From contig CAXHJY010000404.1 in the NCBI GenBank assembly GCA_964016885.1, positions 1-26,284 of the forward strand: a stretch of 26,284 nucleotides of DNA, in the 5' to 3' direction. Source of the stretch: Eledone cirrhosa (lineage: Eukaryota). The first letter of the stretch is position 1. Each line of letters starts with the position of its first letter. Positions 16,862-26,284 of this stretch are shown here, piece by piece. Under the pieces are notes generated by a model. That model was not told the DNA's origin. It did no database searches and saw only the letters and a list, made by a program, of their open reading frames with translations. A program made the position numbers and the translations under genes.

Positions 16862-17210
16862 TTAACCAGTTATGGTTGGTAATGTTTCAGTGTCTTCATT
16901 GCTAGAATTACTGTATCTGATTGGCTGTTGCTGAGATTGCATGGATAATGGTAAAGTTTGCAGTTGTGACGGTTCCAAGGTCGCTGCAACTAAGTGTTCA
17001 TGGCTAATATATTCAGCATATTCAGGGCTGGGCTCTGTTATAACTATGTTACGGCAGTGAAGTGCAGCCACAGCTTCATCATATGATGGCGGTGGTTCAA
17101 AATCTTGCTCTGGGGGAGACAACTGTCTGACACTTGATGAAGAGGGCAAGTATGTCCTTTGCAACACTTCGCTATATGAAGGTGGGGCATATTCCACAGA
17201 ATGTGCAGAT
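16862..17210 (-). CDS. Terminal coding exon (115 aa + stop) of an unidentified protein with two PPxY motifs, likely a disordered C-terminal tail that binds WW domains
   Basis: Acceptor catttttcatcttttgcAG|A (AG at 17212-17211, phase 2); reads SAHSVEYAPPSYSEV...FEPPPSYDEAV...LPTITG*; PPSY at 17185-17174 and PPPSY at 17095-17081; GC content above the flanks. Confidence 0.85.
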
Positions 17211-17276
17211 CTGCAAAAGATGAAAAATGTTATAAATATAATCATATATATATATATATATATATATACATACAAT

Positions 17277-17334
<58 letters not shown>

Positions 17335-17355
17335 ACAATACATATATCTATATAT

Positions 17356-17575
17356 ATAGTGAAAATAGTGCCTCCGTTGTATTTTTGACTAAGTAAATTA
17401 GCCTAATAATTTGGAGTTATAAAAACCCACAGAAATGGAAGACTGAATGAGCATTGACATACATGGGACACAACCCACATCTCTGGTTACCATGGCCATT
17501 GTGTTACCATTACACCAATACACCACTCACACAAGTTTGCATTAAATTTGAAGCTATATAATCATAGCGTATGAA
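17356..17575 (-). mobile_element. tRNA-headed short repeat element, copy A
   Basis: Minus strand: A box TGGTGTAATGG (17517-17507), degenerate B box GGTTGTGTCCC (17475-17465), then a ~110-bp body that is repeated 288 bp away. Confidence 0.65.
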
Positions 17576-17580
17576 TACAT

Positions 17581-17818
17581 ATATATATAAGATACAAAGC
17601 TTTTTCAGATTTTGTTTACAAACAGTGGAGAATTTGAAATTAAATAGTGAAAATAGTGCCTCCGTAGTATTTTTGAATAAGTAAATTAGTCTAACAATTT
17701 GGAGTTATAAAAACCCACAGAATGGAAAAATGAATGAGCATTGACGAACATGGCAAATGAACCCAATTCGCCGCTGTTTATAAACAAAAGCTGAAAAAGC
17801 TTTGTATCTTATATATAT
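17581..17818 (-). mobile_element. Copy B of the same element, bracketed by a 54-bp inverted repeat
   Basis: 17644-17765 is a direct repeat of 17356-17477; 17581-17634 and 17765-17818 are reverse complements with 4 mismatches. Confidence 0.8.
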
Positions 17819-18104
17819 TTACATACAATACAATACATATATCTATATATATTTACATACAATACAATACATATATCTATATATATTTACATACAATACA
17901 ATACATATATCTATATATATTTATATACAATACAATATATATATCTATATATATTTATATACAATACAATATATATATCTATATATATTTATATACAATA
18001 CAAATTATATATCTATATATACAATACAATACATACATCTATATATATTTATATACAATACAATACATACATATATATATATACATACATATATATATAT
18101 ATAT
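17819..18104. repeat. Minisatellite-like array of ~38-40-bp TA/ATACA units
   Basis: Recurrent atatattta(c/t)atacaatacaata(c/t)atatatct units. Confidence 0.9.
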
Positions 18105-18715
18105 ATCATCATCATCATCGTTTAACGTCCATCTTCCACGCTAGCATGGATTTGGACGGGAATTTTCCCACTTGAGGCAAGATTGGTCGTCTCACTTGTA
18201 TAGGACTGTCTGGCAGGTTTTCTACCGCTGGATGCCCTTCCTAACACCAACCACATTTACAGTGTGGAACTGGGAGGTTTTTACCGTGTTACCTACATGG
18301 CCACATTACAGCGTGGACTGTGTGTTTTTTTTTGTCGTGACACCTACACGACCTCATTTGTTTCGGACTGGATGTTGTGGTACCAACATAACTTTACATT
18401 GAAAGGGGTTGTGTGGATGGGGTGGGGTAGTGGGACGCAGGTGTATTTTTGTTAAGAGGTGCCTACTGGCTGTAGGTTTCGCTTTGTACTTAGGCAAGGC
18501 AGGTCTTCTGTATTACTGTGTAGCGCCAAAGATCTTGGTCCAGAGACATTGTCTTGGAGAGGTGTAAGTGTGTGAGGTCGGAATTTATCAGGTCGTCCCA
18601 GGTTTTTCTGGGTCTGCCTACTCCGTGGCTACCGTCTATTTTTATCGCCCTGCACTTTTTTATACAACTGTCGTCTTTTATGCGCATCACGTGACCGTAC
18701 CAACGTAGTCTTCTC
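18105..18715 (-). mobile_element. 5'-truncated second copy of the first LINE family (last ~74 codons, 3' UTR and (GAT)5 tail)
   Basis: Reverse complement aligns with 3538-4125; encodes RRLRWYGHVMRIKDDSCIKKCRAIKIDGSHGVGRPRKTW...KTCLA*; 24 differences in the 223-nt coding overlap by manual count. Confidence 0.96.
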
Positions 18716-18916
18716 ATACAATACAATACATACATATATGGTGGCTGCCAACTCGTTTTCATATATATATATATACTATATATTTCATATATATATATAT
18801 ATACAATACAATACATACATATATATATACAATACAATACATACATATGTATATATATATACAATACAATACATACATATGTATATATATATATATACAA
18901 TACAATACATACATAT

Positions 18917-19076
18917 GTCCCAAGGCTCTGATACCATCAACACTATAAACACAGAGCTGGCATATCTAAGAACTGACTAAATGCCTGATGAGCTCATAGC
19001 CATTCAATGGCTATCATCGAAATATATATAGCAGTAAATAAAGGATTATGAGTTCATGCAATTGACTTATGTTTCG

Positions 19077-19080
<4 letters not shown>
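18917..19080 (+). mobile_element. Probable Penelope-like 3'-terminal remnant with hammerhead and AATAAA
   Basis: Unique island between microsatellites: short reading-frame end (stop at 18980), hammerhead core, then AATAAA at 19037-19042. Confidence 0.6.
18982..19033 (+). ncRNA. Type I hammerhead ribozyme motif
   Basis: TGC-CTGATGA (18985-18991)-G ctc ATAGCCAT tca ATGGCTAT cat C-GAAA (19019-19022)-TATATATA-GCA; stem I TGC/GCA, 8-bp distal stem II, palindromic (AT)n stem III, predicted AUA cleavage after 19030. Confidence 0.75.
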
Positions 19081-19134
<54 letters not shown>

Positions 19135-19282
19135 CAATACAATACAATACATACATACATATATATATATATATACAATACAATACATAAATATATATAT
19201 ATATATATATATACAATACATACATATATATGTATATATATATATATATACAATACAATACATACATATATATATATATACA

Positions 19283-19325
<43 letters not shown>

Positions 19326-19535
19326 ACATACATATATATATATATATATATACAATACAATACATACATATATATGTATATATATATACAATACAATACA
19401 TACATATATATGTACAATACAATACATACATATATATATACAATACAATACATACATATATATATACAATACAATACATACATATATATGTATATATATA
19501 CAATACATACATACATATATATGTATATATATACA

Positions 19536-19568
<33 letters not shown>

Positions 19569-19575
19569 CAATACA

Positions 19576-19608
<33 letters not shown>

Positions 19609-19615
19609 CAATACA

Positions 19616-19658
<43 letters not shown>

Positions 19659-19809
19659 ACAATACATACATATATATATATAGTATATATATACAATACA
19701 ATACATACATATATATATATATATATATACAATACAATACATACATATATATATATATATAAGTACAATACAATACATACATATATATATATACAATACA
19801 ATACAATAC

Positions 19810-19840
<31 letters not shown>
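19081..19840. repeat. (TA)n + ATACA/ATAC compound microsatellite ending in (GA)n
   Basis: tatatacaatacaatacatacata units. Confidence 0.97.
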
Positions 19841-20025
19841 TTAAACTCAGTCATTTACAATTAATCAGCTCAAAGAAAGAGGCATTTCTGAGCAGTGAAA
19901 TACAAGGTGGAATGTACTAATTTTACTGGATTCCTGTTGATAAGCACAGATTTGGATATTTCACTTTTTATTTCAATTCCATTTCGATTCTCTTTATTTT
20001 TCAATTCATGTACCATCGTTGCGAA

Positions 20026-20092
20026 ACATATTTGGGTTTCGAAATTCAAATTCATCTACGGAGCGGGTTTGGATTTTGAAATTTAAATTTGT
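20026..20092 (+). other. 67-nt hairpin that folds well only as + strand RNA
   Basis: 28-position stem with 20 Watson-Crick pairs, 7 G-U and 1 U-U; the apical region contains c(UACG)g. Confidence 0.5.
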
Positions 20093-20251
20093 CCAGGAAT
20101 CACGGCTTTTGCCAATATAAGCTTATCTTTATTGACTTATATCGAGACAGACAAATTGTATTCACTTTAATTAGTTTATTTCATGCTAGCTAACTTTGTC
20201 TCTTACAATACAAACACGTTTCGTGTTTATCATATATATTAATATATAACT

Positions 20252-20252
<1 letters not shown>

Positions 20253-20307
<55 letters not shown>

Positions 20308-20313
20308 CAATAC

Positions 20314-20346
<33 letters not shown>

Positions 20347-20348
20347 CA

Positions 20349-20389
<41 letters not shown>

Positions 20390-20599
20390 ATACATACATA
20401 TATATATATATACAATACATACATATATATATATATATATATACAATACATACATATATATATATATATATATACAATACATATATATATATATATACAC
20501 AATACATACATATATATATATATATATACAATACATATATATATATATATACAATACATACATATATATATATACAATACATACATATATATATATACA

Positions 20600-20644
<45 letters not shown>

Positions 20645-20659
20645 ACATACATATATACA

Positions 20660-20698
<39 letters not shown>

Positions 20699-21346
20699 AC
20701 ATACATATATATATATATATACAATACAATAATATATATATATACAATACATACATATATATATATATATATATACATACAATAATATATATACAATACA
20801 TACATATATATATATATATATATACAATACAATACATACATATATATATACATACAATACAATACATACATATATATATACAATACAATACATACATATA
20901 TATGTACAATACAATACAATACATATATATATATATATATACAATACATATATATATATACAATACAATACAATATATATATATATATATACAATACATA
21001 TATATATATACAATACAATACAATATATATATATATATATACATTACAATACATATATATATATATATACAATACAATACATATATATATATATATATAT
21101 ATACAATACATATATATATATATATATACAATACAATACATATATATATATATATATATATATACAATACATATATATATATACAATACAATACATATAT
21201 ATATATATATATACAATACATATATATATATACAATACAATACAATACATATATATATATATACAATACATATATATATATATATATATACAATACAAAT
21301 ACATATATATATATATACAATACATATATATATATATATATACAAT

Positions 21347-21385
<39 letters not shown>

Positions 21386-21466
21386 ACAATATATATATAT
21401 ATATATACAATACAATATATATATATATATATACAATACAATATATATATATATATATACAATACA

Positions 21467-21497
<31 letters not shown>

Positions 21498-21722
21498 ACA
21501 AATATATATATATATATATATATATACAATACAAATATATATATATATATATATATATACAATACAATATATATATATATACAATACTATATATATATAT
21601 ATACAATACAATACAATATATATATATATATATATACAATACAATATATATATATACAATACAATATATATATATATACAATACAATACATATATATATA
21701 TATATATATACAATACAATACA

Positions 21723-21775
<53 letters not shown>
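20253..21775. repeat. (TA)n + ATACA compound microsatellite
   Basis: Direct reading. Confidence 0.97.
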
Positions 21776-21971
21776 AATATAAATTAGCGAGAATCGTTTT
21801 CAGCTCAGGAATTAACGAACATCAACGTCCGATATGTGTGGCAAGCGCTCGATGAATCATATGAATCAGAGCTGCAACATACGTTAAGGGCCAAACACAC
21901 TGAGATGATGGTTAAACATATCATCCGCACAACCAAAACAAAACGACCAAGTAATTCGGGTCAAACAATAA

Positions 21972-26284
<4,313 letters not shown>

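Noticed and set aside
20212-20228. aaacacg-ttt-cgtgttt hairpin as a Helitron 3' end or hammerhead half
   Set aside because: No properly spaced CTRR terminus and no CUGANGA box.
21776-21971. Island with GINEHQR (faintly like the GIY-YIG RxxEH motif), a gatgat/atcatc hairpin after CTGA, and a terminal AATAAA
   Set aside because: Suggestive of a decayed Penelope fragment, but the motif is too short and there is no GAAA box; needs a homology search.

Overview
Eukaryotic, non-microbial DNA, very likely from an octopus or other coleoid cephalopod (inferred from the extreme TA/CA compound-microsatellite load and the tRNA-SINE/RTE families with (GAT)n tails; not proven). About 70% of the window is compound microsatellite, and all long Y/I/T/H/C/V ORFs in the track are artefacts of it. 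The unique islands contain: (1) a 5'-truncated, nonsense-disrupted RTE-type LINE (1988-4125, +) whose reverse transcriptase carries an inserted C4HC3 PHD finger and whose 3' UTR has tandem stem-loop/pseudoknot modules; (2) two further 3'-end copies of that family (13928-14075 +, 18105-18715 -) and a tRNA-derived SINE sharing its 3' domain (14164-14479 -); (3) a short fragment of a second RTE-like LINE with a candidate 9-bp TSD (7827-7989 -); (4) Penelope-like terminal remnants with hammerhead-ribozyme cores (7112-7139 degenerate; 18982-19033 near-intact); (5) the terminal coding exon and probable 3' UTR of a minus-strand host gene with two PPxY motifs (16862-17210); (6) a tandem tRNA-headed element whose second copy is bracketed by a 54-bp inverted repeat (17356-17818); (7) a 67-nt strand-specific RNA hairpin (20026-20092). 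All calls come from reading the sequence by eye; no searches were run.
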